Assembly: GCA_964491895.1 (NCBI GenBank)
Contig: CAZBHK010000001.1
Location: 9,870 to 73,869, forward strand
Length of the DNA: 64,000 nucleotides
From: an uncultured Pseudomonadota bacterium
GTDB lineage: Bacteria; Babelota; Babeliae; Babelales; UBA12411
Reading direction: 5' to 3'
Shown: positions 1 through 9,663 of the stretch, piece by piece
How the letters are laid out: every line of letters starts with the position of its first letter
Numbering within the stretch: the stretch's first letter is position 1
Translations under genes and position numbers: made by a program
The notes under the pieces: model-generated
Databases searched by the model: none
Seen by the model: only the letters and a program-made list of their open reading frames with translations
What the model was told of the DNA's origin: nothing

Positions 1-1848
1 TTTGAGTACTTTATTTCTACTCACGGAGCTAGAAAAGGTCTTTCAGATACAGCTCTTAAAACAGCTGATTCTGGATATTTGACACGTAGACTTGTTGATG
101 TTGCGCAAGACGTTATTATTACAATGAAAGATTGTAATACATTAGGGCAAATAGGTATTTCTGACTTAAAAGTAGCTGGCGACGTACTAACCCCAGTATC
201 TTCACGTGTTTTTGGTCGTATTATAGCAGAAGATTTGATGGATGATGTTTCTGGTAAATTAGTTTTACCACAAGGTACATTGGTTGATGAAGCTGCTGCG
301 GCTAAGATTGATGATGCAACTATTTCAGAGATTCCAGTTAGATCTGTTTTAACATGTCAGTCAAAACGTGGTGTTTGTGCTTATTGTTATGGAATGGATT
401 TAGCTTCAGGAAATCTTATAGATATAGGATCTGCTGTTGGTATTATTGCTGCTCAGTCTATAGGAGAGCCTGGAACACAGCTTACCATGAGAACTTTCCA
501 CGTAGGAGGAGTTGCTGGTGGTTCTGTAGAACGTAATATAAATACAGCAAGGTTTGAGGGAGTTGTTCAGTTTAGGGGTATTTATAAGATTCAGAATCGA
601 GATGGTCAATGGATCGTTATGAATCGTAGAGCTAAGCTAGCAATTGTTTCTGATGATGGTAGAGAGCTTGATGTTATTAAGTTAGAACAAGGATCTATTG
701 TTTTAGTTAATAATGAAACTAAGGTTAAGGTGGGCACTAAGCTTGCTACATGGGATACACATTTGAAGTCTATCCTGACTGATAAAGCAGGAACTGTGCA
801 GTTTGTTAACCTTATTGAAAACGTTACATATCATGAACAGTATGATGAAACTACCCGTAAAACTATTAAGGTTGTATTAGAGCGTAAAGATGAAAAGCGT
901 CAGCCTTATATAGCAGTTATTGGAAAGGATGACGAAGAAGAAGCTCGTTATTATATTCCAACAGGTTCACAGCTTTATGTTAAAGAAGGTGACGAGGTTG
1001 TCCCAGGAGATGTCCTCTCTAAACTTCCACGCAAGGAAAGTAAGTCCAAGGATATTATTGGAGGTCTTCCAAGAGTAGCGGAGTTATTTGAGGCACGTAT
1101 ACCAAAAGATACAGCAATTATTTGTGAGGTTGATGGTGTAATCAAGTTTGGTGGAATACATAGAGGTCAACGTAGAATTACTATTACGGCGGTTGATGGT
1201 ACAGAATTTGAGTATAGTATACCACGTAGTAAGTATCTTTTAGTTGAAGATGGTGAACAGGTTAGAGCAGGTGATAATTTAACCAGTGGTATATCGAACG
1301 TACATGATATTTTAAGAATATTGGGTCCGGATGAACTCCAAAAATATTTGGTACAAGAGATACAAGAGATCTATTTACTTCAGGGCGTTACAATTAATGA
1401 TAAGCATATAGAGGTCATTGTTCGCCAAATGTTGAATAAGCTTCGTATAACAGAGCCGGGTGATACCAACCTTATAGTTGGAGATCGTATAAGTAAGCTT
1501 CAGTTGAAGAATATTAATAAGCTTCTTGCTATGGAAGGCAAGAAACCTGCAACGGCAAAGCCAATTTTAATGGGTATAACGAAGGCTTCTTTAGGAACTG
1601 AGAGCTTCTTATCAGCAGCATCATTCCAAGAGACGACAAGAATACTTACAGAGGCGGCTATTAGAGGGCAGGTGGATTATTTATACGGCTTGAAAGAAGC
1701 TATAACAGTTGGTAAACTCATACCTGCTGGTACTGGAGTTCCTTCTTTTAAAAAGAAATATTTAGGTGATGATATTTCTGATTTAGAGAGGCAAGCGAGA
1801 GAAGAAGAGTTGCTTGAAAAGAGACTTGATGAAATATCGCTTAGTTAG
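1..1848 (+). CDS. rpoC: DNA-directed RNA polymerase subunit beta' (C-terminal part; 5' end outside window)
   Basis: Frame 1 is open from base 1 (FEYFISTHGARKGLSDTALKTADSGYLTRRLVDVAQD...), a conserved beta' block, through the TAG at 1846-1848. The listed ORF 79..1848 starts only at an internal Met. Confidence 0.95.
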   Translation, partial: FEYFISTHGARKGLSDTALKTADSGYLTRRLVDVAQDVIITMKDCNTLGQIGISDLKVAGDVLTPVSSRVFGRIIAEDLMDDVSGKLVLPQGTLVDEAAAAKIDDATISEIPVRSVLTCQSKRGVCAYCYGMDLASGNLIDIGSAVGIIAAQSIGEPGTQLTMRTFHVGGVAGGSVERNINTARFEGVVQFRGIYKIQNRDGQWIVMNRRAKLAIVSDDGRELDVIKLEQGSIVLVNNETKVKVGTKLATWDTHLKSILTDKAGTVQFVNLIENVTYHEQYDETTRKTIKVVLERKDEKRQPYIAVIGKDDEEEARYYIPTGSQLYVKEGDEVVPGDVLSKLPRKESKSKDIIGGLPRVAELFEARIPKDTAIICEVDGVIKFGGIHRGQRRITITAVDGTEFEYSIPRSKYLLVEDGEQVRAGDNLTSGISNVHDILRILGPDELQKYLVQEIQEIYLLQGVTINDKHIEVIVRQMLNKLRITEPGDTNLIVGDRISKLQLKNINKLLAMEGKKPATAKPILMGITKASLGTESFLSAASFQETTRILTEAAIRGQVDYLYGLKEAITVGKLIPAGTGVPSFKKKYLGDDISDLERQAREEELLEKRLDEISLS

Positions 1849-1921
1849 GCGCGTAGCTCAGTGGTAGAGCATTGCTTTGACGTAGCAAGGGTCAGCGGTT
1901 CGATCCCGCTCGTGCCTACCA
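1847..1921 (+). tRNA. tRNA-Val (anticodon GAC)
   Basis: Hand-folded cloverleaf: acceptor AGGCGCG/CGTGCCT, D arm GCTC-AGTGGTA-GAGC, anticodon arm TTGCT-TTGACGT-AGCAA, T arm AGCGG-TTCGATC-CCGCT, encoded CCA. The first 2 nt lie inside the rpoC stop codon. Confidence 0.9.
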
Positions 1922-1955
1922 TTTGGTTAAATAATTAAAAATTTGGTGTAAACAT

Positions 1956-2210
1956 ATGATAATAAATAAGAAAACAATAATAACAAAGTTTGCCAAAACA
2001 GATAAAGATGTTGGTTCAGTTGAAGTGCAGATAGGGTTACTAAGTAGCCGTATTAATCAGATATCAACACATCTTAGGACATTTCCTAAAGATAAACACT
2101 CACAAGTAGGCTTGCAAAAACTTGTTGGTAAAAAGCGAAAGCTTGAGACTTATCTCAAGCGTACAGACAAGGCAAGCTTTGAGAATATTATAAAACAATT
2201 AAATAAATAA
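1956..2210 (+). CDS. rpsO: 30S ribosomal protein S15
   Basis: 84 aa. GSVEVQIGLLSSRINQISTHL...KDKHSQVGLQKLVGKKRKLETYL is a typical S15 sequence, and the classic rpsO-pnp pairing is present. Confidence 0.93.
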   Translation: MIINKKTIITKFAKTDKDVGSVEVQIGLLSSRINQISTHLRTFPKDKHSQVGLQKLVGKKRKLETYLKRTDKASFENIIKQLNK

Positions 2211-2220
2211 ATTTGGATCC

Positions 2221-4308
2221 ATGATTAAAAAATATAAATTAGATGCACTTGGTTTAGAAGTAGAATTAGGCAAATATGCTCGTCAAGCAAATGGTGCGGC
2301 TTGGATTAAATCGGGAAATAATATAGTTTTAGCTACAGTAGCAGCTTCAAAAGAAGCTAGAGATTTTATGGGATTTTTCCCACTTACTGTAGAATATAGA
2401 GAAAGAATGTCTGCAGCTGGAAAGTTTCCTGGTGGATATATAAAACGAGAAGGGCGTCTTTCAGATTTTGAGGTTTTGAGTTCTCGTTTAATAGATAGAC
2501 CTATTCGTCCATTATTTCCGCATTATTATTTTAATGAAGTTCAGCTTCTTGCTACAGTGTTGTCTTCAGATGGTAAATTTCCGTCAAATATATTGGCGTT
2601 AATTGGTTCATCTTTAGCTCTTACTATTTCTGACATACCATTTCTTGGTCCTATTGGAGCTGTTAGAGTTGGTAGAATCAATGGAGAATTAACATTTAAT
2701 TTTGGTCATGAAGAGAAGAAAAATTCTGATGTTAATATAACTGTTGCTGGCACAGCAGAAGGTATATTAATGGTAGAGGGTCATAGTGATTGTCTTAAAG
2801 AAGAAGAGTTAACAGAGATTCTTTTTAAAGCTCATGAGATTATTAGACAGCAGGTTCAATGGCAACTTGAAATACAAAAAGAGATTGGTAAGCCTAAGAA
2901 TGAAATGGTAACTAGTTTTGATTGGGCTGATTGGAAACTTAAAATTAAGTCTGTATTACCAGTAAATTTTACAGATCGATTTTTTGCAGACAACAAGATT
3001 GAACGTGGTCTTGCAATGAGTAAGCTTCGTTCTGATATACATGTTAAATTTGTAAAAGAATTAGAATCTAAATTAGTTACTACAACACAGATAGATTATT
3101 TGTTTGATGAGATAATTAAATCAGCAATGCCGGATGCTATTATAGCTAAAAATAAGCGTATAGATGATCGAGCATTTGATGTAGTTCGTCCTATTAGTAT
3201 AGATATAGGATTATTGCCACAAGTGCATGGCTCTTCAGTATTTCAAAGGGGAGAGACACAGGCTCTTGTATCTGCAACACTTGGTACAGGTCAAGATGCT
3301 CAGAAAATTGAGCCACTTATTGGTGATTTATTAGAAAAAACTTTCTTATTGCATTATAATTTCCCTCCATTTGCAACTGGTGAAGTTAAACCAATTCGTG
3401 GTGTTAGTCGTAGAGAAATTGGTCATGGATACTTGGCTGAACATTCATTTGATAGTGTACTTCCAAGTGCTGATGAGTTTCCTTATACAATCAGAGTTAT
3501 ATCTGATGTTTTAGAATCTAATGGTTCATCTTCGATGGCTACAGTTTGTGGTACAACAATGGCATTAATGGATGCTGGTGTTCCACTTAAGGATATGGTT
3601 GGTGGTATAGCAATGGGTCTTATGAAAGATTCAAAAGGTAATTTCCAAACACTTACTGATATCTTGGGTACAGAGGATGCTTTTGGTCTTATGGATTTTA
3701 AGGTTACTGGTACTGAGAAGTATATTACAGCTGTTCAGATGGATATTAAGGATAAGGGTGGATTATCTAAAGAGATTTTAGATAGCGCATTAGCACAAGC
3801 TAAGAAAGCTCGTCTACATATTTTGGCAGAGATGAAAAAAGTTTTAGCTGCTCCACGTTCTGAGATATCTTCGCTTGCTCCTCGTATACATAAGAGCAAG
3901 ATTGATCAGGATAAGATTGGTTTAATTATTGGACCTGGCGGTAAGACAATTAAGGAGATTATTCTTAAGACTGGTGTTGAAATCGATATTGATGATGATG
4001 GTACAGTTAAAGTTTTTAGTAGAGATGAAAAGTCTGCTAAAGAAGCATTGAATATTATCAAGAGTTTAGCTGGAGACATAGAGTTAGGATCTACATTTAC
4101 TGGTAAAGTTAAGAAGATTTTTGATTATGGTTTATTAGTAGAGCTCTTTCCTGGTAAGACTGGACTTGTGCATATATCTGCACTTTCTAGAGCTAATCAG
4201 AAAGATTTTGCAAATAAGTTTAAACCAGAAAGTGATATCTTAGTTAAAGTTGTTGACGTAGATAGAAGAACAGGTCGTATTCAGCTTGTTGCTCCAGAAC
4301 TTGAATAA
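2221..4308 (+). CDS. pnp: polyribonucleotide nucleotidyltransferase (PNPase)
   Basis: 695 aa with two RNase PH-like halves (FPLTVEYRERMSAAGKFPGGYIKREGR; SNGSSSMATVCGTTMALMDAGVP), then KH (GPGGKTIKEI) and S1 (GKVKKIFDYGLLVEL) domains. Confidence 0.96.
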   Translation: MIKKYKLDALGLEVELGKYARQANGAAWIKSGNNIVLATVAASKEARDFMGFFPLTVEYRERMSAAGKFPGGYIKREGRLSDFEVLSSRLIDRPIRPLFPHYYFNEVQLLATVLSSDGKFPSNILALIGSSLALTISDIPFLGPIGAVRVGRINGELTFNFGHEEKKNSDVNITVAGTAEGILMVEGHSDCLKEEELTEILFKAHEIIRQQVQWQLEIQKEIGKPKNEMVTSFDWADWKLKIKSVLPVNFTDRFFADNKIERGLAMSKLRSDIHVKFVKELESKLVTTTQIDYLFDEIIKSAMPDAIIAKNKRIDDRAFDVVRPISIDIGLLPQVHGSSVFQRGETQALVSATLGTGQDAQKIEPLIGDLLEKTFLLHYNFPPFATGEVKPIRGVSRREIGHGYLAEHSFDSVLPSADEFPYTIRVISDVLESNGSSSMATVCGTTMALMDAGVPLKDMVGGIAMGLMKDSKGNFQTLTDILGTEDAFGLMDFKVTGTEKYITAVQMDIKDKGGLSKEILDSALAQAKKARLHILAEMKKVLAAPRSEISSLAPRIHKSKIDQDKIGLIIGPGGKTIKEIILKTGVEIDIDDDGTVKVFSRDEKSAKEALNIIKSLAGDIELGSTFTGKVKKIFDYGLLVELFPGKTGLVHISALSRANQKDFANKFKPESDILVKVVDVDRRTGRIQLVAPELE

Positions 4309-4331
4309 ATAGAAAATATTTATTATTAGCT

Positions 4332-4859
4332 ATGTTAAACAAGAAACTATTACTAGCCTTAGCTCTGTTGATATTTCCGTTTTGTGCAAAAAAAACACAT
4401 AATCATGTCAATACTAGTATTTTTATTGAGATGCCAAGAAATTTAACAGTTTTTGAAAATATAGCTCCCATGATCTATGATGTTACGTGGGAGCATTTTC
4501 AAACGGTTGGTTTTGATCTTGCTTATAATCAAAATAGTGAATTTAAATTATCAACAGATATTAGAGCATTAGAATATCCAGAACAATTTATTTCTCCAGA
4601 CCTTTTACCATATATGTTTAAGGTAAAGATGGAATTGGAGTGTAAGTTATTTAGATTGGATAAACTTATTGTTACTAAAACATTTAAATTTTTTAAATGG
4701 ATAAATAGACCCAAAAATCCTATTTTTAACTGGACTTATATAGAAGATCAGTATAAAACAATGTTTGAGGATTCTGTAGCGAGAATTGATCAATTTTTTA
4801 GGCCATATTTAATTAAAAAAAAATCAGTATTTGATTTATATCAAGAACAAGAGAAATGA
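4332..4859 (+). CDS. putative lipoprotein (LptE-like by position only)
   Basis: 175 aa with an N-terminal hydrophobic signal ending ...LIFPFC. It lies immediately upstream of, and overlaps (ATGA), the holA-like gene, as in the lptE-holA arrangement of other Gram-negatives. No sequence motif was recognised. Confidence 0.3.
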   Translation: MLNKKLLLALALLIFPFCAKKTHNHVNTSIFIEMPRNLTVFENIAPMIYDVTWEHFQTVGFDLAYNQNSEFKLSTDIRALEYPEQFISPDLLPYMFKVKMELECKLFRLDKLIVTKTFKFFKWINRPKNPIFNWTYIEDQYKTMFEDSVARIDQFFRPYLIKKKSVFDLYQEQEK

Positions 4860-5809
4860 ATTTTGAAACTTTTTTAAAAGAGTCAAAAAGTAAATCTTTT
4901 TGGAATAAAAAAGAGTTACTTTGTTTTGTGGGTAAAATGTATCCACTCCTTTTCTTTACAAAGCTGTTTGAATTTATTGTGAAAGAACAAGTTTGTGATA
5001 AGCCCATCAATGTTGCTTGGCAGGAAAAGGATAGAGTAGAATTATATTCTCTTTTACAACAAAGTTTCTTAGGAGAACGCTCTATATTGTTTTTAGGTGA
5101 ACTCTTATATAAAAAAGAAGATTCTTTTTTTAAAGATGTCATATCATATAATGGTGATAATAAACTTATTTTTTTTGTTAATGATGAGATATCTTTAAAG
5201 GGTTTAGATAAAGAACACATTGTTATTTTAGATGATATTATTAATCCAAAATTATTTACCAGGTTACTTACTTTTTTTAATAAAGAAAATTTAGTTAAAA
5301 AAACTGTATTAATCGATAATATTTTTTCTAGAAGTCAAAGTTTATCTTTAGAAGCAGCTTGTAGAATTTTTGATTATTTAGAATTGGTCAATGTGCAATC
5401 GGCTGCAAAGTTTAAGCAATATATTGCTTTGTTAATATATCCTGACAAATCATTTTTTACGTTATCTAATTATTTTTTTTCTAGGAACAAACAATTTTTC
5501 AAGTTATGGGAAGAGCTTGCTGATGATTTTGGACCATTGTTTTGGATAAGTTATTGGTCTGAACAAATTTGGAAGGCGCATCATGTTTGTAAATATATGA
5601 AACAAAATAATATAGTTCAAGCAAAGAAAATGAGCCTAGGATTACCATTTTCCTTTACCAAAGGTTATTGGCAAGACTTCTCACAACAAGAGCTTATTAA
5701 TGAATATAGTTTTTTATATCGCTCAGATTGTGCTTTAAAATTAGGATCAACATTCCCTTTGCTTGATTTATTTTATTCTAAACATTTTCAAAAAGAATTT
5801 ATTGCATAA
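4856..5809 (+). CDS. holA: putative DNA polymerase III subunit delta
   Basis: 317 aa. Size, position after an LptE-like lipoprotein and a helical C-terminal region (LWEELADDFGPLFWISYWSEQIWKAHHV...LYRSDCALKLG) resemble delta-subunit domain III. The similarity is weak. Confidence 0.45.
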   Translation: MNFETFLKESKSKSFWNKKELLCFVGKMYPLLFFTKLFEFIVKEQVCDKPINVAWQEKDRVELYSLLQQSFLGERSILFLGELLYKKEDSFFKDVISYNGDNKLIFFVNDEISLKGLDKEHIVILDDIINPKLFTRLLTFFNKENLVKKTVLIDNIFSRSQSLSLEAACRIFDYLELVNVQSAAKFKQYIALLIYPDKSFFTLSNYFFSRNKQFFKLWEELADDFGPLFWISYWSEQIWKAHHVCKYMKQNNIVQAKKMSLGLPFSFTKGYWQDFSQQELINEYSFLYRSDCALKLGSTFPLLDLFYSKHFQKEFIA

Positions 5810-6743
5810 TTGGTTGTTGTGCAGCATTTAGGGTAAGTACTTTGTTATATACAGAACTAATAAAATTTGCAGTAGTATTGCTTAAGGCTTCTTCGTTATC
5901 TTCTGTTTCACCATATAGTAGCTTGGATAATCCTGTAGCTGATTTAGGATAGACAAGTTTAATCTCACCTTCTACTTTTAGATTATGAGCTTCCATGACC
6001 TCTTTAAGCATGTCTTTAGCATCAGAGATAGAGCCAACCTTATCTATGAGATTTAGTTTAAGTGCTTGATTACCAGTAAATATTTTACCATCAGCCCAAA
6101 CTTCTCTATTTTTAAGATTTAGTTTTCTACTCTCAGCAACATCTTTGGTAAATTGGTTATAAGTATCATCTAGTACATTTTGAAAGAATATCATTTCTTC
6201 AGGAGTAATCTCTTTTAACGGGCTTGATAAAGTTTTAAATTTACCTGATTGTATAAGTTTAACACTGATATTATGATAATTTAAAAATTCTTTTACATTT
6301 GGAAGTTGTGCTATAACACCAATGCTTCCTACTAGAGAAGATGGATTAGAAATAATCTTATCTGCAGCAGAAGCTATATAATAAGCTCCAGATGCACCTA
6401 AGTCACCAATCATTGCTATTACTGGTTTTTTTAATTTAAATTTTTTTAATTCATTTGCTATAGCTTGAGAAGCACCAGGAGCACCACCAGGTGAATTAAT
6501 TTTTAGTAATATGGCTTTAATACGATCTTCTTTTAAGAATTTGTATATTTGTGTTACTACATGAGTTGGATCAGTAATTAAACCGTTGATCTTAATTGTT
6601 CCTACATATGTATTAGGATGAAGAGTTTCTTCTATGTTTTGTTTAATAGCGATGTAGAATGGTTGTATTAACGATAATATTATTATTACAAAGAAAATAT
6701 TTTTGAGACTAAAAATATTTTTCTTTTTTGTTTCTTGTTCCAT
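5799..6743 (-). CDS. sppA: signal peptide peptidase SppA (36K type)
   Basis: 314 aa with an N-terminal TM. INSPGGAPGASQAIANEL...IGDLGASGAYYIASAADKI...GSIGVI match the SppA/ClpP-fold Ser-Lys protease motifs. Confidence 0.88.
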   Translation of the reverse strand: MEQETKKKNIFSLKNIFFVIIILSLIQPFYIAIKQNIEETLHPNTYVGTIKINGLITDPTHVVTQIYKFLKEDRIKAILLKINSPGGAPGASQAIANELKKFKLKKPVIAMIGDLGASGAYYIASAADKIISNPSSLVGSIGVIAQLPNVKEFLNYHNISVKLIQSGKFKTLSSPLKEITPEEMIFFQNVLDDTYNQFTKDVAESRKLNLKNREVWADGKIFTGNQALKLNLIDKVGSISDAKDMLKEVMEAHNLKVEGEIKLVYPKSATGLSKLLYGETEDNEEALSNTTANFISSVYNKVLTLNAAQQPIMQ

Positions 6744-6820
6744 TTGGGAATCCCTCCATAAGATTATTAAACTACAGTGTTATTGTAGCCTAACATACCA
6801 AGCTTTTCTAGTAGTATGGT

Positions 6821-7009
6821 TTATAATAATGAGATATCAGATTCTTCTTCTGTAGAAGTTTCTTCAAATAGATCTGGTGTTGATCCGCAGTTTGGGCATA
6901 CCCATTCTGCTGGTAGTTCAAAGAAATCTATTGGATTTCTATTCGAATCTAACTCAGCTGTTTCTTCGTCATAAACAAATCCGCATACTGTACATGTATA
7001 ATTTATCAT
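6821..7009 (-). CDS. rubredoxin
   Basis: 62 aa with two CxxC knuckles in rubredoxin context (YTCTVCGFVYDEE ... WVCPNCG). Confidence 0.9.
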   Translation of the reverse strand: MINYTCTVCGFVYDEETAELDSNRNPIDFFELPAEWVCPNCGSTPDLFEETSTEEESDISLL

Positions 7010-7102
7010 TTTCTACCTCTTAAAGTTTAAGTAGAATAAATTTTAGGATTGAGTTGTAGATAAAGCAAGTATTAGTTGTTTGAATTTGAAATTAGAGGGT
7101 AT

Positions 7103-7828
7103 ATGCATAAAGTATCAATTGTTGCTCATAGAGGTTTTTCTAGTAAATATCCGGAAAATACAGTTATTGCATTTGAAAAATCATTGGGTATAGCAGATTG
7201 GATTGAATTAGATGTTGAGTTATCTAAGGATGGTTCTGTTATTGTAATGCATGATGATACTTTGGATAGGACTACTAATGGTACTGGTAAGGTTTATGAA
7301 AAAACTTTAGAAGAATTAAAAAAGTTGGATACAGGAAGTTATTTTGATAAAAAGTTTATTGGAGAAAGAATACCGACACTGGAAGAGGTTTTAAAGTTAA
7401 AAAGATTTAAAATTAATATAGAGCTTAAAATTCGAGGTAGTTTTGTAGTAGATGATCTTATTCAAAAATCTGTAGCATTAGTGAAAAAATATAATTATGA
7501 AGATGTTATTTTTTCTTCGTTTGATCATGATGCAGTTAAAAAGGTTAAGTTACTAGATAAGAGTTTGAAGGCTAATCTAATTATTTATAAAGATAAATTT
7601 CAAGGTGATATTGTTGACTATGTTTTAAAACATTTTGCAGATGGTGTGCATATGCATAAAGATTTTATTACATTGGATTTAGTTAATAAACTTTATGTTA
7701 AAGAACTTAATATTGGTGTATATACTGTTAATGATATGCAAATTATGAAAAAGTTTATTAGATGGAATATAGATTTTTTGTTTACTGATTATCCGGATAA
7801 AGCATATGTGGTTTTGGGGAAAATTTAG
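7103..7828 (+). CDS. glycerophosphodiester phosphodiesterase family protein
   Basis: AHRGFSSKYPENTVIAFEKSL...ELDVELSKDGSVIVMHDDTLDRTTNG is a GDPD signature. ATG at 7103 is preferred (AGAGGG SD-like sequence 4 nt upstream) over the listed TTG at 7076. Confidence 0.85.
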   Translation: MHKVSIVAHRGFSSKYPENTVIAFEKSLGIADWIELDVELSKDGSVIVMHDDTLDRTTNGTGKVYEKTLEELKKLDTGSYFDKKFIGERIPTLEEVLKLKRFKINIELKIRGSFVVDDLIQKSVALVKKYNYEDVIFSSFDHDAVKKVKLLDKSLKANLIIYKDKFQGDIVDYVLKHFADGVHMHKDFITLDLVNKLYVKELNIGVYTVNDMQIMKKFIRWNIDFLFTDYPDKAYVVLGKI

Positions 7829-8658
7829 ATGTTTGCTATTGCAAGACGATCTTTTTCAGCAAGATCTTTTTTTATGGATATATTGGTAAAGTTATTATTT
7901 TTTAGTAGCTGTATTACTTCTTTGCCTTGGGTATCACCTATTTCAATAAGAAGTTGAGGTATATTTTTGAATAAAGAATTTTTGTTTAAAAATATTTTTG
8001 CTTGTTCTATTATTTTTCTTATTAAGAAAAATCCATTTTCGTTTGCGACTAGTGCAATTTTATTTTCCCATTTAGTAATTTCTGGATTCATGATTAGCCA
8101 ATCAGATTCTGATACATATGGAGGATTACCAACAATGAGATCAAATGTTTTATGATGTACAGCTTCATATAGATCAGATTTTATAAAATCTACATTATGA
8201 ATATCGTTATGTCGTTTATTTTCTAAAGCGAGATCGATTGCTTCTTGTTCAATATCTAGACCAATGACACGAGCTTTAGGCAAAGCTTTGGCTAAGGCTA
8301 GAGTAATACATCCACTACCGGAACATAGATCTAGGATATTTAATGGAATATTCGGTAGTTTTTTTATAAGATCAGAACTCCATTCTTCGGTTTCAGGTCT
8401 AGGTATTAGAATGGGTGGTTTTACTAAAATATCGAGATTACAGAATGGCACAGAACCCAAAATATATTGTAATGGTTTTTTATTGATTCGTTCATTAACC
8501 CATTTGAATAGAGTTATTTCTTGATCTGATGTTAATTGAATAGTTCTGTTAAGTAATAAGAAAGATTTATTTTTGCTGGTTATTTTTTGTACTAACCACC
8601 AGGCTTCTTGTTCTGGAATTTCTATAGCTATTTTCTTTACTAACTTAATGACATTCAT
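7825..8658 (-). CDS. prmC: release factor glutamine N5-methyltransferase
   Basis: 277 aa with the SAM motif LDLCSGSGCITLALA and the catalytic GNPPY motif. Length and layout are PrmC/HemK-like. Confidence 0.88.
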   Translation of the reverse strand: MNVIKLVKKIAIEIPEQEAWWLVQKITSKNKSFLLLNRTIQLTSDQEITLFKWVNERINKKPLQYILGSVPFCNLDILVKPPILIPRPETEEWSSDLIKKLPNIPLNILDLCSGSGCITLALAKALPKARVIGLDIEQEAIDLALENKRHNDIHNVDFIKSDLYEAVHHKTFDLIVGNPPYVSESDWLIMNPEITKWENKIALVANENGFFLIRKIIEQAKIFLNKNSLFKNIPQLLIEIGDTQGKEVIQLLKNNNFTNISIKKDLAEKDRLAIANI

Positions 8659-8660
8659 TC

Positions 8661-9542
8661 TTATCCTAAAAGATCTTCTACGTATTCATTAGGGTTGAAC
8701 TGCTTTAAATCTTCTAAAGATTCACCAAAGGTAATGTAGATTATAGGAAGTTTTAATTCTTGTATTATAGAAAATACAATACCACCTTTACCTGTTCCAT
8801 CCATCTTCGTTAGAACTAAACCGTTTAGATTGGTTGCGTCATTAAATACTTTTGCTTGTTGAAATGAATTTTGTCCTAGCATTGAATCTATAGTTAACCA
8901 AGTACTGATTTCATTTTCAGGTAACTGTTTATTAATAATTTTTCTCATTTTTTCAAGTTCACGCATTAAGTTTGCTTTGGTTTGAATTCTCCCAGCAGTA
9001 TCTATAATAAGATGATCAAATTTTTCTGTAATAAATTTATTACATGCATCAAATATTATTGAAGAAGGATCTTGATTAGTTTTTCCTATAAAAACGTCAA
9101 CTTTAATTTTTTTACCCCATTCTTGTAGTTGTTCAGTAGCGGCAGCTCTAAAAGTATCGCCAGCTACAAGTAATACCTTCTTATTTTGTTGTTTTAATTG
9201 ATTAGCCAGTTTGCCTGCAAATGTAGTTTTTCCTGTACCATTAACGCCTACAAGCATAAGTATTTTAGGAATATGAATATCAGGTTGTTTTAGATCTTTA
9301 ACAAGTAGTATTTTAAGTTCTTCTTTTAGGTCTATTCCAGACTTGATTTTATGTCCAATTTCTTTTTTTAAAGATTCAATAATTTTACGTGTAGTAGTTA
9401 TTCCAGTATCTGCTGATATTAGAAGGATTTCTAATTCTTTTAGTAGGGGTTCATCAACTTTATCTTTTGAGAATAAAGAACTGACCTTTTCTGTAAAGTT
9501 GGAGTATATTTTTTTGATTTTTTCTTTGATGAAATTCAACAT
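8661..9542 (-). CDS. ftsY: signal recognition particle receptor FtsY (short form)
   Basis: 293 aa NG domain: GVNGTGKTTFAGKLA (G1), DTAGR (G3), TKMDGTGKGG (G4/5 region). Confidence 0.93.
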   Translation of the reverse strand: MLNFIKEKIKKIYSNFTEKVSSLFSKDKVDEPLLKELEILLISADTGITTTRKIIESLKKEIGHKIKSGIDLKEELKILLVKDLKQPDIHIPKILMLVGVNGTGKTTFAGKLANQLKQQNKKVLLVAGDTFRAAATEQLQEWGKKIKVDVFIGKTNQDPSSIIFDACNKFITEKFDHLIIDTAGRIQTKANLMRELEKMRKIINKQLPENEISTWLTIDSMLGQNSFQQAKVFNDATNLNGLVLTKMDGTGKGGIVFSIIQELKLPIIYITFGESLEDLKQFNPNEYVEDLLG

Positions 9543-9663
9543 TTTTAAATCCTTGATTTATATCAGTATAAAAGTTTTTTAGAACCTTTCCAATCTTATT
9601 CAATATATTGACAAATGGAAATAATATTGTTTATTATTAATAGAATAAGATTTCTATTAATTT

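Noticed and set aside
354-609. Short ORFs 354..536 (+) and 406..609 (-) listed inside rpoC. Similar shadow ORFs include 4529..4714, 4813..5220, 7967..8524, 9343..9582, 14123..14401, 15171..15494, 16906..17109, 20150..20687, 24171..24359, 25209..25550, 28892..29101, 31219..32422, 33067..33252, 35803..36870, 37239..37460, 39038..39238, 41311..41499, 43666..44295, 45267..46257, 46562..47437, 48032..48250, 50242..50457, 53247..53477, 57472..57657, 59025..59276 and 60635..61129.
   Set aside because: All lie within, or antisense to, long ORFs with strong homology-type motifs. Their low-complexity or Cys/Trp/Arg-rich translations are typical of off-frame reading. None has an independent signal.
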